A DNA stretch of 64,000 nucleotides from Epiperipatus broadwayi (Eukaryota; Animalia; Onychophora), in assembly GCA_028023455.1 (NCBI GenBank), contig JAQFVV010000002.1:24304001-24368000 (forward strand), written 5' to 3'. Of this stretch, positions 25,405-38,400 are shown piece after piece. Positions within the stretch are counted from its first letter, which is position 1. The number at the start of each line of letters is the position of its first letter. The notes beneath the pieces were generated by a model, which was not told the DNA's origin, made no database searches, and saw only the letters and a program-made list of their open reading frames with translations. The translations under genes were made by a program, and so were the position numbers.

Positions 25405-25560
25405 AATCCCTATCCCCAGACCAATTTCTAGCTGTTGTAGATCTAATGTCTGAATATCCTAGAACCTCACTGATGACGGCCAACAGCTAGAAACCAGTCA
25501 GGGAATAGGTATATTCAGAAAAGCTTATTAAGAGCTATTCGTGCTGATCATACAATATCT
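25405..25560. mobile_element. H2/H3-related element with an intact-core HHR and an inverted partial copy
   Basis: Plus strand 25464-25505: CCTCA CTGATGA C GGC caaca GCT A GAAA CCAG TC AGGG. Inverted partial copy at 25409-25438. Confidence 0.7.
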
Positions 25561-26786
25561 GTAATACAAGCTTATTAAATTAAGTCATGCGATGTATAAC
25601 TTGATTTCCTTCATATATATATATTACTAACAAAATATTAATACTATCAGAGTAAATTAGATGTTTAAAAAAGTCCCTCTGGAGCTGGATTTACTTAACA
25701 CAAAATCTGTATTATAAATTTTACCAAGAAGATATTTATTTCACACTGATAAAGATCTAAGACAATACATATTTTTAGTACTAGAATTACTTATGTGGAC
25801 ACAAATAAAATATTTTCTTTCACTTTTAGATTTAGAACACAATTTCCCTTAAAGTTTCAAATATAATATATTACATAAAAATCCAATGGGATTAGACTCA
25901 TAAGTTTAAGCAAAACCATATGTTTAGATTATTAAGAAACAATCTTATTGAATTACAACATGTGTCTTTCATTTAACTTTTTTAATTTCTTTATAATTAT
26001 GAAATTACTGTGACAATTTATAAAGAATTTATAATAAATATTTTAAAAGTTTTGACGAATTAAGTTTTTAAAAATAATCATAAGATGTATATATTTTTTA
26101 AAAATTGTTTTGTTGCTGCTTACTTGAGCAACGAAATAGTACTTGAAATAATTCATTGTCTTTAATACACTTTCCAAATGTGGGCATGCCACTTTTATAT
26201 ACAAAAAGTTTATTAAAAACAGCATATTAATTAATTAAATGAACAAGTGACAATCATTTTCATAACACTTTCGTCAGATCATTTAATTCAACATATGTTT
26301 GTTCACTGATTCATCTTCTAGAAATTTGCTTTAAATAACAATCAGCCTAATAGGTTACTACAACAGTGACAATATGTCCATTACACATTTTATAAATTTT
26401 CATAGTTAATAATTAGAGCAAAAGATACTATGTATGAACTAATACAAATCTGTCAATAAATAAAAAAGTGCAGAGTAGATCCAATAGCACCTATACTTTA
26501 GTTTGAATCCTATTTAGGTATTTAATGTATTGACATATTACAATGCAGAGTGTGGTTTACAGTAACTTTCACTTTACTTCCGCCTACGTTTGAGCTATTA
26601 GTATTAATATTTATACAATTAATAATATGACGGACAAAACCTCGAAGTACTAGGCCTAGATTAATTTAATTTAATTGTTTTTGTCTCCACTAACAGCTTC
26701 TTCACCCAGCGTGCTAAAGCGCTTGTATATACTATATACTACAATTAATAATTGAAAAATACTTTTCTAATCAAGTAAAAAAAAAC

Positions 26787-26896
26787 GTCTTACATTGGTG
26801 GTCGAGAGGTCAGCACGACTGCCTTGCACTTGCAGGCAGTTGCCCAGGTTGCGGGTTCGTGTCCCGGCCGATGCTATGACACTTAAAAAAAAAAAA
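26787..26896 (+). mobile_element. tRNA-only poly(A) SINE
   Basis: tggtggtcgagaggtcagc...gggttcgtgtcccggccgatgctatgaca plus A tail. Confidence 0.85.
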
Positions 26897-28649
26897 GTAA
26901 TAAAAAATGCCAAATTCCTCAAAATTTGAGAATACAACAAATTCACCCCACCCCCCCTGCATGCAGGGCCTCTATCTAAAAATGAAAAAAACATAAAAGA
27001 TCTTCAAAGGTAAAAAAAAAAAAAAAAAGAGTATATCCATGGCCATTAGGCATGACTGATCATTTTTTCTTTTTGTGAAAGTGAAAAAACAAAAACTCAT
27101 AAAAAAAAAAATGTAAGTAAAATTCATCAAAAATTTACTTTTTAAAATAAAAAAAACAATGAGCTACAGGCATTAAAAAGTATATTAAAATACTAACATT
27201 AGGATCAGACTAGATTACCATTGGCACAGCAATTTCATGAAAATGATAATATGTTTACTACATTTTTTGAAAATAAAAAATGCTTATCACTACAAGTATT
27301 CCTCCTACAACAACAACAACCTTGTTGGAGAATTCTATATATTTTACTTATAATGACAAATTTTATAAGATTAAATAAGAGCAGACAATAGATAATATTA
27401 TTTCACTTCTGATTTGGAGAGAATTATTTATTAATATATATTTAAAACTGTTTGTTATTTGTACTGAAAAATGGTAAACTGAAATTTTTTAAAATTAATT
27501 TAATAGTTAAAGTTTGCGAATTTATTAATCAGAGATTTAAAAAATAATTGATTGGTATGCATGTGCATCTGTCAAAGGTTTCAGCCTTTCATGTTATTAT
27601 TACATCATCTGCTTGCGCTTAATATATTTAATATATTTACATTTGTTACTATCATTTCATTAGATTTGAAAATTACTTCATAGTAAATTAAAAGATTTCA
27701 CGTTGTTTACTTATATATAATATTTAGTGAGTTAAATGTGAAGGTGTTTTAAACTTCATGCGCTTAGTTCAAAATGCTTGAGTCTGGCTTATTTATATAT
27801 AAATGTAGTAGAGAAGGAGGTGGTTCCACCTTTTTCTCATAAAATCTCTGTCTTGTGTTTTGAATTGAGAGTTCCATGTGCAGTCATTATTACATAAGCA
27901 TTTTTAAGGCACATCTGTCAAAGGTTTCTGCCTTTCACGTTATTATTATTATATTCAAAGTAAGGATTTACACCTAGAAATTAGCAGTTTTAGGAATTTT
28001 TCTTATAAAAAAACAACAACAATTAATTAGTCCTAAAAGTATAGTAACTGTTCCAAAAAGAAAATTTTACAAAGATTACATGATTAAGAGTATTTTATTT
28101 ACTAAAAATTATAAAAATCATAATAATTTTTACAATGTTAATATAATCCTTTTTTTTTTTTTGTATCTTTTTAAATTGCCTTCTTATAAAAATTTTAAAA
28201 AAGAATTGTAGTATTTTTTTAAAAATAAAATAGCATTAATAAAAGGCATTACTCTAAATAATTCATTGAATAATACCAAAAGAAAATTGGTGAACTTGTT
28301 TATATTAATCCTTATTTTTGTAAGTCATTATATACAAATCAAAGTATTTAGAATTTAAAGAAATAAAAATTTAGGAAAGTAAAGTAAATAATAAATATCT
28401 TAATTCTGCATTACTTATCCAAATAAGAATCACAGGTCATAATATTATGTTTGAGCAGGGCTAATATTATTTTCTTTGAGAAAAATTAGTCTCTTTTAAT
28501 AAAGATTTGTGATTCCAAAATTATTAATGCATTTAAAAGTTCAATAAACATTATCTTTAGTGAGCCAAAACATAAGCATTCTGGCAGAATAATTTCAAAG
28601 TACAATGCTTAGTTTTCAGCAATACATATAATAAATTTCACAAAAATGG

Positions 28650-29243
28650 TGACCCTATTACAAAGAGTCTTGAGTGAAAATTCTGCACATAGGATGAAAA
28701 TAAGGCACTTCTGGTACCAAATTGCCATTTTAGCTTTGCATTTCGCATACGTCGACATAATCTGCATTCTCATGTAACACCATCTGTGCCTTCAGCATAT
28801 CTCACTAGTGAATATGGTTTCTGACATAGGACATTGTTCTTTAGGAGCCAACTCCTCACTAATCACCTTATTGCCAAATTTGGAGTTTCGAAGTTCCTCC
28901 ATCAACTGCCACAAACACCAAGATTCTGCATGAATAACCAGAAGATCTGACATTTCATTTATTGGCACAATAAGTGTTACATGATTTATACCTGCCATAA
29001 GTGTGTTATAGTTAGACATACTGTGATTCTTGCATGAGTTCTCTGAATGGATTTCAAACACCAGATAGTGTATATACAATTACTTTATCAAAGTACCAAC
29101 TTTTCAACTATAGATATTGTCAAAGGACCAAGTTTACAACTACAGATATTGTCAAATTACCAACTTTACAACTACAGGAAAAAAAAAGAAAAAGTAAAAA
29201 AAAAAAGTTTGAAATGATTCCGCCAGAGCGCTATGTTTCGGCC
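28650..29243 (-). mobile_element. Merlin (IS1595/ISXO2-like) DNA transposon 5' fragment with a decayed transposase
   Basis: Minus frame LAIR*LVRSWLLKNNVLCQKPYSLVRYAEGTDGVT*ECRLCRR resembles the Merlin N-terminal AIxWL..LL..C..M.L..DG..W.C..C zinc ribbon. Three ~30-bp subterminal tandem repeats at ~29091-29180. Putative terminus GGCCGAAAC. Confidence 0.55.
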
Positions 29244-29738
29244 TGCTAAAGATAATGTTTACCTAAAGTTCTTTTGATATTAAAAGTAACTATAATATGA
29301 ATTAGAATTGTATATATGTTTTATGCTGTGTTATTTTGCAGGTGAGAAATATGTCTTGGCCAGGAATGTAACGGTAGTGAATTTTTTAATTTAATTTTGG
29401 TTGATCATTTAATTGTGAACTAGTAATTTAAGGATAAGTAATATATAAGATAAAGAATGTTAAATTAAAATGAATATCTAAATTAATTCAAAAGCAAAAT
29501 GCAAAATAATAATTATACAAATTATTAATAAAATCTCTTTTTTTTCTCTCTTTTACTTCAATTTCTCTAAAATTTCTTCAGTTCACTATATAAGTAAATA
29601 TCTACATAAGTAAGTGTTTGGTTCTATTGTAGTAAGAAGAGAAAAATTATCTGAATATTTAAAATAAAATCCTTTCGCAACAATAACAAGTTAGACAAAT
29701 CTCAAACGCAGTATTATTTAGCCTCAAAAAGGAAGCCT

Positions 29739-29837
29739 GTCAAGCATTGGTGGTCGAGAGGTCAGCGACGGCTGCTTTACAAGCAGTTGTCCCGGGTTAG
29801 CGACCCAGCTGATGCTATGACACATGAGGAAAAAAAA
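29739..29837 (+). mobile_element. tRNA-only poly(A) SINE with B-box deletion
   Basis: gtcaagcattggtggtcgagagg...gatgctatgacacatg; TSD aaaaaggaagcct / aaaaagaaagcct. Confidence 0.85.
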
Positions 29838-31279
29838 GAAAGCCTACAATTAATGGGTTAATGATATCAATGTATCACATTGATAAAATTCACTATTTTT
29901 TAGAGAAATGAGTATGAAATAGGAATATTAATTCTAAGCAATAAATCCTAAAACATAATATTTATTTAATATGTAACATATATTTATGCACGGAAGTGTG
30001 TGTTGTGTTATAAATATAAATTCTTTAAATAGTGATAAAACTTTTTTAAAAAAAAAATATATAAAAAAGCTGAAAGTACTTTTAATAGTTCTTGTGAGTA
30101 TAGTGATGTATCAACAGAATTAAGAAGATTTACGACATGACTTCTACAAATGTTAACTAGTTGACGATTTGCAAACAACATTTGAACAGACAAAAATGAT
30201 TTACTTCACTAAGATAATAAGAAAGCCCATAATAATTCTAAAGATGTAATGAAAATACAATATTTACTTTGCTGATTATATAACTTGTCAGAAAATTCAT
30301 AAATAATGTAAAACGAAAAAAAAAGGAAAGTTTTTTAAAAATGCGAGTAATAAATAAATTCTCAGTGAAATTTTTACTTCTAACAAGTTGGATAATTATT
30401 TTTGATAAGAAGGAATTCTATTTTTGTTTTTCTTTTTTCTATTTTTTAAATATATATAAAGCTGTCAATGTCAAATTCATTCCACAACTATAAATTTGAT
30501 TGAAAAGATCCCGACGAATAAAATGAAATATAATTAAAAATAAACAGAAATTAATTAAATCCATCTATAAAATGAATATTTTAGAGTCATTTTATTTACA
30601 TATGATAAATTATTTTCTAGCTAATATTCATTCTACATAAAGTAAATATGTATACAAATATATTCGTCCACGAATGGTGGTCCTCCCTCAAAATACGAAC
30701 GTAGTAATTCTTTAAGTTCTTTATCTATGTTTAATTGCACATATCGATTAATATATTTCAAATATTATTAATAAATATACAATCATATGCTATTTTCTTT
30801 GTAAAATAGAAAATGAAATCAACGATTAAATATTGTTAATACAAATACTTCAACTAGATTTTCTGCTTGGGTATGATCTTCCTTTTTAATGTAATTAGGC
30901 ATGAAAAATATATTTCAAAGAAAAATGATTAAATTCTCAAATGTAAAGATAAAAGTAAGTACTAGCAATAGTAAAGTAAAATAGAGGTTACACAATAATT
31001 ATATATGCTGTTGTAAACCTCTTTGCCATTGCTTGGGGAATTAATTTTTTGTATTAAATGAAAATTATAAATAAAAACAAAAATATGCGGCTTGTTCCAA
31101 TTAGTACTGATTTTATATACAAAAGAAAAAAAAATAATTTCAAAGTAAAATCAATTTTCATTTCTATATTGTAAACAATATTCTCATTTGTGAGAGACAA
31201 ACTTTTATAGAATCTTGAATTTATAAAATATCCCTTTTTATTCAAAAATTCTCAACCAACAGATATGCAATAATGGGGA

Positions 31280-31490
31280 GGCATAGTATAGAGAGGGAGA
31301 ATGGGAGACGAGAGCAAGATGGAAAGAGAGAAGAAAGATGAGATAGGAAAAAAGGAAAAAGGAGAAGAGAGAAAAGAGGGATTGGGAAGTGAGAAAGACA
31401 GAGGGGAGGAAAGGGAGAGAAAAAAGAGAGGGAAAAAGAAGGGGAGAGAAAGTGTGAGGAAAAAGAGGGAAAGAGAAGGGGAGAGAAAGT
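31280..31490 (+). repeat. Polypurine (GA-rich) low-complexity tract
   Basis: About 200 nt almost entirely A/G; source of the spurious ORFs at 31238-31528. Confidence 0.9.
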
Positions 31491-32736
31491 GTGTGTATGT
31501 CCATATATCAGAGGCTAGCAACAAATAAACTCTTTCTTTTTGTTTTTAATTTCTAAAAAAAAAAAGTTATTAAATAATTCTAAGACACAAATTTAATTAT
31601 TTTATTTTCAAACAAATATATGCAGCAGCAATAATAATAGTTATAATAATGATGATGACACTATCAAAGATTAAGACAAAATGTGCCTTTAAAAATAAAT
31701 GTTTCTTTAGGTAAATTTTTTTCTATATTTCCTTCTTTCTCGGTTACTGATCCATGTTCTACAATTCAGCAAAGTAATAAATAGAAACAACTGCAAAACT
31801 CTCATTTCTATTTCAGATGTCTTCATTTCTTCTCAGATATATTTGTTCTTACTGAAGGCTTATCATTTATCTGATTGATAATTCCTAAGCTTGGATCTTA
31901 ACTATGTATTGACGCACCTTAAATTATACATTAAATCCATCCACCATTATCTTAATTATATTTCACTTTATTGATATCAATAATTTTCTTTTTAATCGTT
32001 ACCCATTTTTCCATCCAATAATAGAGTCAAGTATCATCTCACATGAAATCATTATATGCGTGGATTTATTTGCCATTATTTGCTGATTCCTGAGGCTATA
32101 TGCTGATACCAAAGCTTTTAATTATTCTATTAATTAAAAAAAAAAAAAAATTATTCCTACAACATTCTTTGATTCTAGTTTAACAGATCTTAAATATTTT
32201 GTTTTTTGTTGGAAAACAGTTTTAGCAAATGAATAAAAATAAATAGTAAATTAGCCTTCATTTATATCTTGGAAATTTTTAAGAAGGGTCAGCAAAAGTA
32301 CTCCTAGGAGATTATGCTTTAGAAATTAATTCTCTATATCTAATTAACATTGTGTAGACTCTCAAATAAACTGATTCATATTTTGTTAATGAATAAATGT
32401 GGGTCAATATTCAATATTTCAAGATGAGAATCCTAAAACGAATAATTGGGTATAACCTTAGTTCTGTTATAGTTTGAAGATTTTACAACAATAAATATGG
32501 AAAGAAGTTATTCACATGATTTTCTCTGAATTGTATATTCCTATCTCTAATTTTTTCTGTGTCATTTAAATATTTCAACTATAATTTGTCTAAGGCCTTA
32601 TATATAAGTCAATATGAAAAAGTTATTTATACCATAATCTTTACAATTTAGAAATTACTGAAAGAACCCGTTCTTCTCACTAGCACCTATTGTGTGATAT
32701 ATATATCACATTTATTGTCAACTTCTTTTACATGTA

Positions 32737-32840
32737 TTTTTTTTCTCATGTGTCATAGCATCAGCCAGGAAGCGAACCCGCTAACCCGAGATAACTGCTT
32801 GTAAAGCAGCCTTCGCTGACCTCTCGACCACCAATGCTTG
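32737..32840 (-). mobile_element. tRNA-only poly(A) SINE
   Basis: Reverse complement of the family consensus, with a T tract at 32737. Confidence 0.85.
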
Positions 32841-35800
32841 TGTTTTAGCCATAAAAATGATTTCCTGCTTTATTGACAATATTTCAAAAGGAAATCAATA
32901 CAAAACATGTACAAAAATGTAAGAATAGTTATACCATGTCCTAATTTAAAACAACACTATATGATTAGATGGCAAAACTTTTCAGAATTTGCAGATTTCA
33001 AATATGTCTTACAATAACCTCTAACTATATAACTAAGTTTCAGGTCTGACATTCTTTGGACAACATTAATCTTAGCTCGAATAAACTATGCTTCTTCCAA
33101 CACTAATTTGTTGAGATCAGATAGAGCAATTGCACATTAAGTAATTCTTTCTAGTTATAAGCACTATGCAAATTGAAATGCATTTCTTTTCTGGACATTT
33201 TAGAAGAGTTTTAAATGATTATTTCTGGCTAAAGTATTTGAAGTTATTTATCAGATTAATTCATCTTCTACAATATAAGAAAAAATATGTCATTAAAATA
33301 TTTACTGGAGATTGGTATTAATTTTATATTATGTATTTTTATTAATATTCTTTTCTTGATTCCGCATGCATGCCTTAACTAATCATAAAAATCATATCCA
33401 AATATTAAATCATATTTTTACTTATTTATTAATTTCTATGCAGTGTTTTTACATATTAATAGTATTTCAAATAATAATCTTCTTTCTTAATATATATAAT
33501 GCATAACCATTCTTTTATCTAAAACACAACTGATTTTGGAATTATTTTTTCAAATTCTTTCAAAATCATGATTGGCAAGAGGATTCTATGTATTCCACTG
33601 GTGGAGAATCTGCTGTATACTGTAACTATTTATTTTGGAATATTCCATTTATTATAAAGATCTCATTATCAGTAAGTTTCATTATAGACATTAGATGTTA
33701 AAATTTTTTGGTATATCTTATAGTCTTTCTTTTGAGAATTAATGGCTGCACTTCCTTTCCTTTTTTTAATGGATTTTAGACTGATACAGGGAAGTTTAAT
33801 CTTTTAAGACATTTATGAATGACACATTTTTTCATAGTTAATATACATCAATCTTTTTAGCTAAAGCTTGGCCTCAAAACTTATTTGTAGTATACTGGTA
33901 TTCTCGCTATAAAATCATAATGTTTTAATTATTTCCTTTTGATTTTTAATCATCCAAAATTATTTATTTCCACTTCAATTATTATTCCCCAATAATTTAT
34001 ATTTCAGATTAGATCGATTGAATGCCTTTTCTAAAATTATTTTAATTTTTGTTAAAGCTTTGCATAAATGTCTAAGTTAGTTTTCTTTCTCTGTTTCTCT
34101 TTTTAAAAACATTTATCATTCATTTTTAATGAAACATTAATTCCATTTTTTTTTTTTTAAATAAACTACCACATGACTCTTCATCTTACATTTAATACTT
34201 ATATTAACAACAGCAAGCCACTTTATATCCATTTATGTGAATATTAGTAATCAGTGAACATTAAAAAAAATAGTAAACCATTTTCCATTACAGTTTTTGG
34301 CTATTAAAAATCAATAGTGAAGATTATTAAAATATCCACATCCATCAGTCTTTATTATACTGATTAAACTAATGATTAAAAGTTGCAATACCCTATGCTT
34401 TTAAACTAAAGATCTGATTGGCACTAACATCTGTTGTTTAATTATTCCTACTCAGATATAGAATTTTAGAATAAAGTGAAAGAAATGGATTACAACTAAA
34501 ATATTATTCTAAAACTGACCTAGAAAATAAATAGTATATTTACAGAATAATTATTTAGCATTATTGTTAAGTGTGCTATAGACACCTTTCTAAGATTTTG
34601 ATCAAAAATTCTGACTTTTATATATTGAAGCCTAACATGTATCACAGTACAATTTATGATTACAATCCCTTGCCCATCATTTTCACAGCATGTTTGTATT
34701 AAAAGTCTGTTTAGACCTAAAAAGGTAATTCTTCTGCATAGAAAATGTAAACATCACATATTTATTTTTGTAATTAATAAAAAGAGAGCACTTAATTTTT
34801 GCATTTGTAATTCAATCTGCCTTATTACTAATGTCAGTTCTAGCTATTGATCAGTATATTATTAATCTAACATTGGTAGATTCTACAAATTAGTGCAGTA
34901 GCATATTCTAGAACTCAAGATCCATGGATCACGACTTGGTCTCTGTCAGTTCTGGTACTGAAACTTTTTATGATCTTCCAAGCAATAAGGCCTGATCGCT
35001 CTTCAAGATCGCTGTTTAACACATGATTGGCTGTCTGAGAAACAACATTAAGCGCATGTGAAAGACTGGCAACTTTCAATTTATTAATAATGCATTGTTG
35101 GTGTTGTGGTTGTTTTTTTTTTTGTTTGTTTTTTATAACATTGATAAATAATAAAATATAAAATAACAAGATATTTTCTCTTAAAAAAATAAAGAGGACA
35201 ATTAAAATTGTTAATGTAATTTTTTGTTACTTTCATCAAACTAGAGCACAAAACTTTTTCCTAACTGTAATCTTTATTGATTGCAATTGCAATAAAACTA
35301 GTAAATAATTTATATCAACAAATGCATCATACCAATAATCTCTTTCTCCCTTACTACAGACCAGATATCCGGTATGGGCATGAGTAATCTAAGATGTTAA
35401 TAGTAATAAAAAAAACTAATTTTAAAGTGGGTCATCTTTAATAAGGAGGAATGGGTATACACAAAACAGAAATTCAAATGTTATCGTTTAGTCATACTAT
35501 GCTACTTTTCTAATAATATAGCCTCTAATTTCAAACATGCTAAGGATTTAAATATAAGCTAACTAACTGTCTAATTCAATAAATATAATTATGATTAATA
35601 ATTACATATTTTAATGTGACGGATGTAACTAATTACAGATTCAGTCAACTTTTTTAGAGGAAAGGCTGAAATGTAACAAAGCATCACATATTATTCAAGC
35701 TTATAGATACGACTAGAATACAGATAGTGATCTATCAAATTTATAAAGCAAATAAGTATGAAAGGATAACTGGAAAGATTAATTCTTAAACTTAAATAAA

Positions 35801-37231
35801 AGGCAAGCGATGAATGGATACAATGAAAGCATAATTAATCTTACTCAAGAAGATTAAGATGAAGAAACTAGTTTGGGGCTAATATTTACCATCGATTCAA
35901 TGCAGAGAAAAACCTGGACTGATTATTAAAAATCTTTTAACTGATTGTGTGGGAGAGATCCAATATTCTAAGAAATGGGTAATAGAAAAAAGAAGCTTTT
36001 TATTTTAATAGAAATAAAATTTTATTGGAAATAGATGATTTTTGAAATATATTAGAATGAAAAAAATATTTTTATCACTTACCAACAAAAAAAAAATGCC
36101 AGGTCAATGAAAAAAATTACAGCTCGTCTTTGGAAAAAAGATCTCACTTCTCTTAAAATACTATTTATAGATAAAAAAAAATAAAAACTATAAATAATAA
36201 TTTAACAACTTTGTTGATAGAAAAATTGTTGTAATTGAATGGTTAATATGTTTTGGAAAAATTTGGAAATAATGAAAGTGCACCATTCTAATAGAATTTA
36301 TAATGGCAACTGGAATGCTTTTGAGGTTGAAGAAAGCAGAAAAATGCCCATAGGAAATAGATAATTGCTCTCTGAATACAGCTACCATCTTAGAAAAATT
36401 ACTAAAATTAAAAATGTGACTAATATAGACATATTATTAAAGCATTAAATGAGGTAAACCATGCAAGACTCAGAAATTTAACTAACCATTGCCTATAGTG
36501 TTGCTTTGGTTCAATCTTGGAAATATCACTTGAGAGGTTAAAGATATACTTTTTTTTTCTCTCAATTCTATATAAAGTATAAATTTGTGTATGAATGATA
36601 TAATAAGCATTATTTTAATAGTTCTCTAAATATTTTACTCTGTACAAAATTAAGTAAATTAAGTTTTTTAAATCTATATATTAGTAACCTCTGCAAATTA
36701 CAAAAAAGTAATAATATTCTGGATTGACTTTTCAACAGAAATCTAAATTAGAAGAATGTATATTTATTTATTTGTAAAGTAAATTTTATTTACTTTAACT
36801 TTAATGGTGAATGCTTAATAATACACCTCTAAGTAATATATATTTTTACTAAACAAATATATTCTGACAATGTAGACCTATCGCACCCTATCAGTAATAG
36901 TCCATGTTTAAATTTCAACATATATGTTAGGAAAAATAATTCCATGTATTTATTCTACTCCAGAATTATTAATTATACTCTTGAATGATCATACACATTA
37001 GAGGAAAGTAGTATAACTGAGTCCCCAGACTGGCTTCCGGCAACTGCTTTTCATCAAAGAGGAGTGTTGAATTTGCATCTACACATCCAGAAATCATCTT
37101 TATTTCTTTTATACTATTCTAAAAGATTTTAAAATTAAGCCAATATATAAAGAAATATAGTCTGATATTAAATCAAAAATTATATATATATATAATATTG
37201 AAATACAATTATAATATATATACTTAACCTA

Positions 37232-37362
37232 GGTGTAATTAAAAGAATTTGAACCCAGCCTTTCAAGCTCCCTACAGTCATCCACCCTATCCAATATAAT
37301 TGATACATATGATGACATACATGTGAAAAAGATAAATGATCTCCAATATATGTATTTCATGC
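37232..37362 (-). mobile_element. H1 family copy truncated within stem II of the HHR
   Basis: Minus: GCAT GAAA TACATA TA TTGG AGATC...GGGTTCAAATT. Confidence 0.7.
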
Positions 37363-37687
37363 TTGTCTTACTCCTAAAAACCATTCAACAGGACATATTT
37401 AAAATACTCTTATGTTTCTGGGTTACTAAACAATCACTTCCACCAATTTTTCATTGATGAACTTAAATGGTTGATTGCTATAGATAATTTTTCAATCTCA
37501 CTTAAATGACTTAATGAGACCAGCACTTAAATACTCTACAAGATACTCATCATAGTCCCCTTTAATAATTTTAAGGTGTATAAATCTAGCTATGTTGCCA
37601 TTCATACTTTCATCTTTAATTTTTCTAACCTATGCATCTGTTTTCAACTCTCTTCACAATACAGCAGTGATATATCATGATAAACCT

Positions 37688-37776
37688 TGGTCGAGAGGTC
37701 AGCGCAACTGCCTTACAAGCAGTTGCCCGAGTTGCGGGTTCACGTCCCGGCCGATGCTATGACCCTTGAAAAAAAA
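37688..37776 (+). mobile_element. tRNA-only poly(A) SINE, 5'-truncated
   Basis: tggtcgagaggtcagcgcaactgccttacaagcagt...ccgatgctatgac(A)n. Confidence 0.82.
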
Positions 37777-37799
37777 TAGAGGTTAATCTCTGAACACAC

Positions 37800-38400
37800 A
37801 TGAATATAACCTATCCATATGTTCATCATTACATTTAACAAGGTATTCTTAATCCCTAACATCCTGTCTTCTAACATCATAAATATCGTATTATTCATAC
37901 TTATCTCTTGCACCTCAAAACATTTATGTAATTTCTTCCATCTTACAGTAAATCTCTTCCTGCTTCTTATTACAGCTTTCTAATTCATGTAAAGACAATT
38001 AATAATTCTCTAACCTGTCCATTAAATCATCTACCTCTCCTGGTCTCATTTACTTAATGCTGTTTAATTCTTCTTGTATGACCTTTAAATTATCTTGCAA
38101 TTCCTTGCATACTTTTTGCAACTACTTTATTTCATTATCAGTCTTACTACATGTTGTACATACCTCCTTATATTTTACTTTCATGTAATTTTGTTTATCT
38201 TTCAATTCTATTTTAATATTATTTACTTCTGATTTTGATGCTTCCTGATTATTTTTGTATGCTTTCTCAATTTTTATACATTTTTTTTAGAACTCTTTGT
38301 GCCCAATTGTACATGTCTTAATTTCATTACTTAAATTTTCAAAAAACTGATTTCTAATCTTTCTTATGACTTATCCAATTGATCTCTCAATTCACTAAAT
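37800..38400 (-). pseudogene. Decayed coiled-coil-like ORF, possibly a retroelement gag/ORF1
   Basis: One minus frame reads LQKVCKELQDNLKVIQEELNSIK*MRPGEVDDLMDRLEN with scattered stops; no diagnostic motif. Confidence 0.25.

Noticed and set aside
29091-29180. CRISPR-like array (also the tandem units at ~13780-13850 and ~24154-24270)
   Set aside because: Two or three adjacent units without spacers, in a eukaryotic context.
34915-35080. Possible terminal exon VASLSHALNVVSQTANHVL...
   Set aside because: No recognisable protein, weak acceptor, and not RPC1 sequence.
36990-37085. STLLFDE resembling the RPC1 C-terminal LIFD
   Set aside because: Lacks the GVSECIIMG/GTG block that should precede it.
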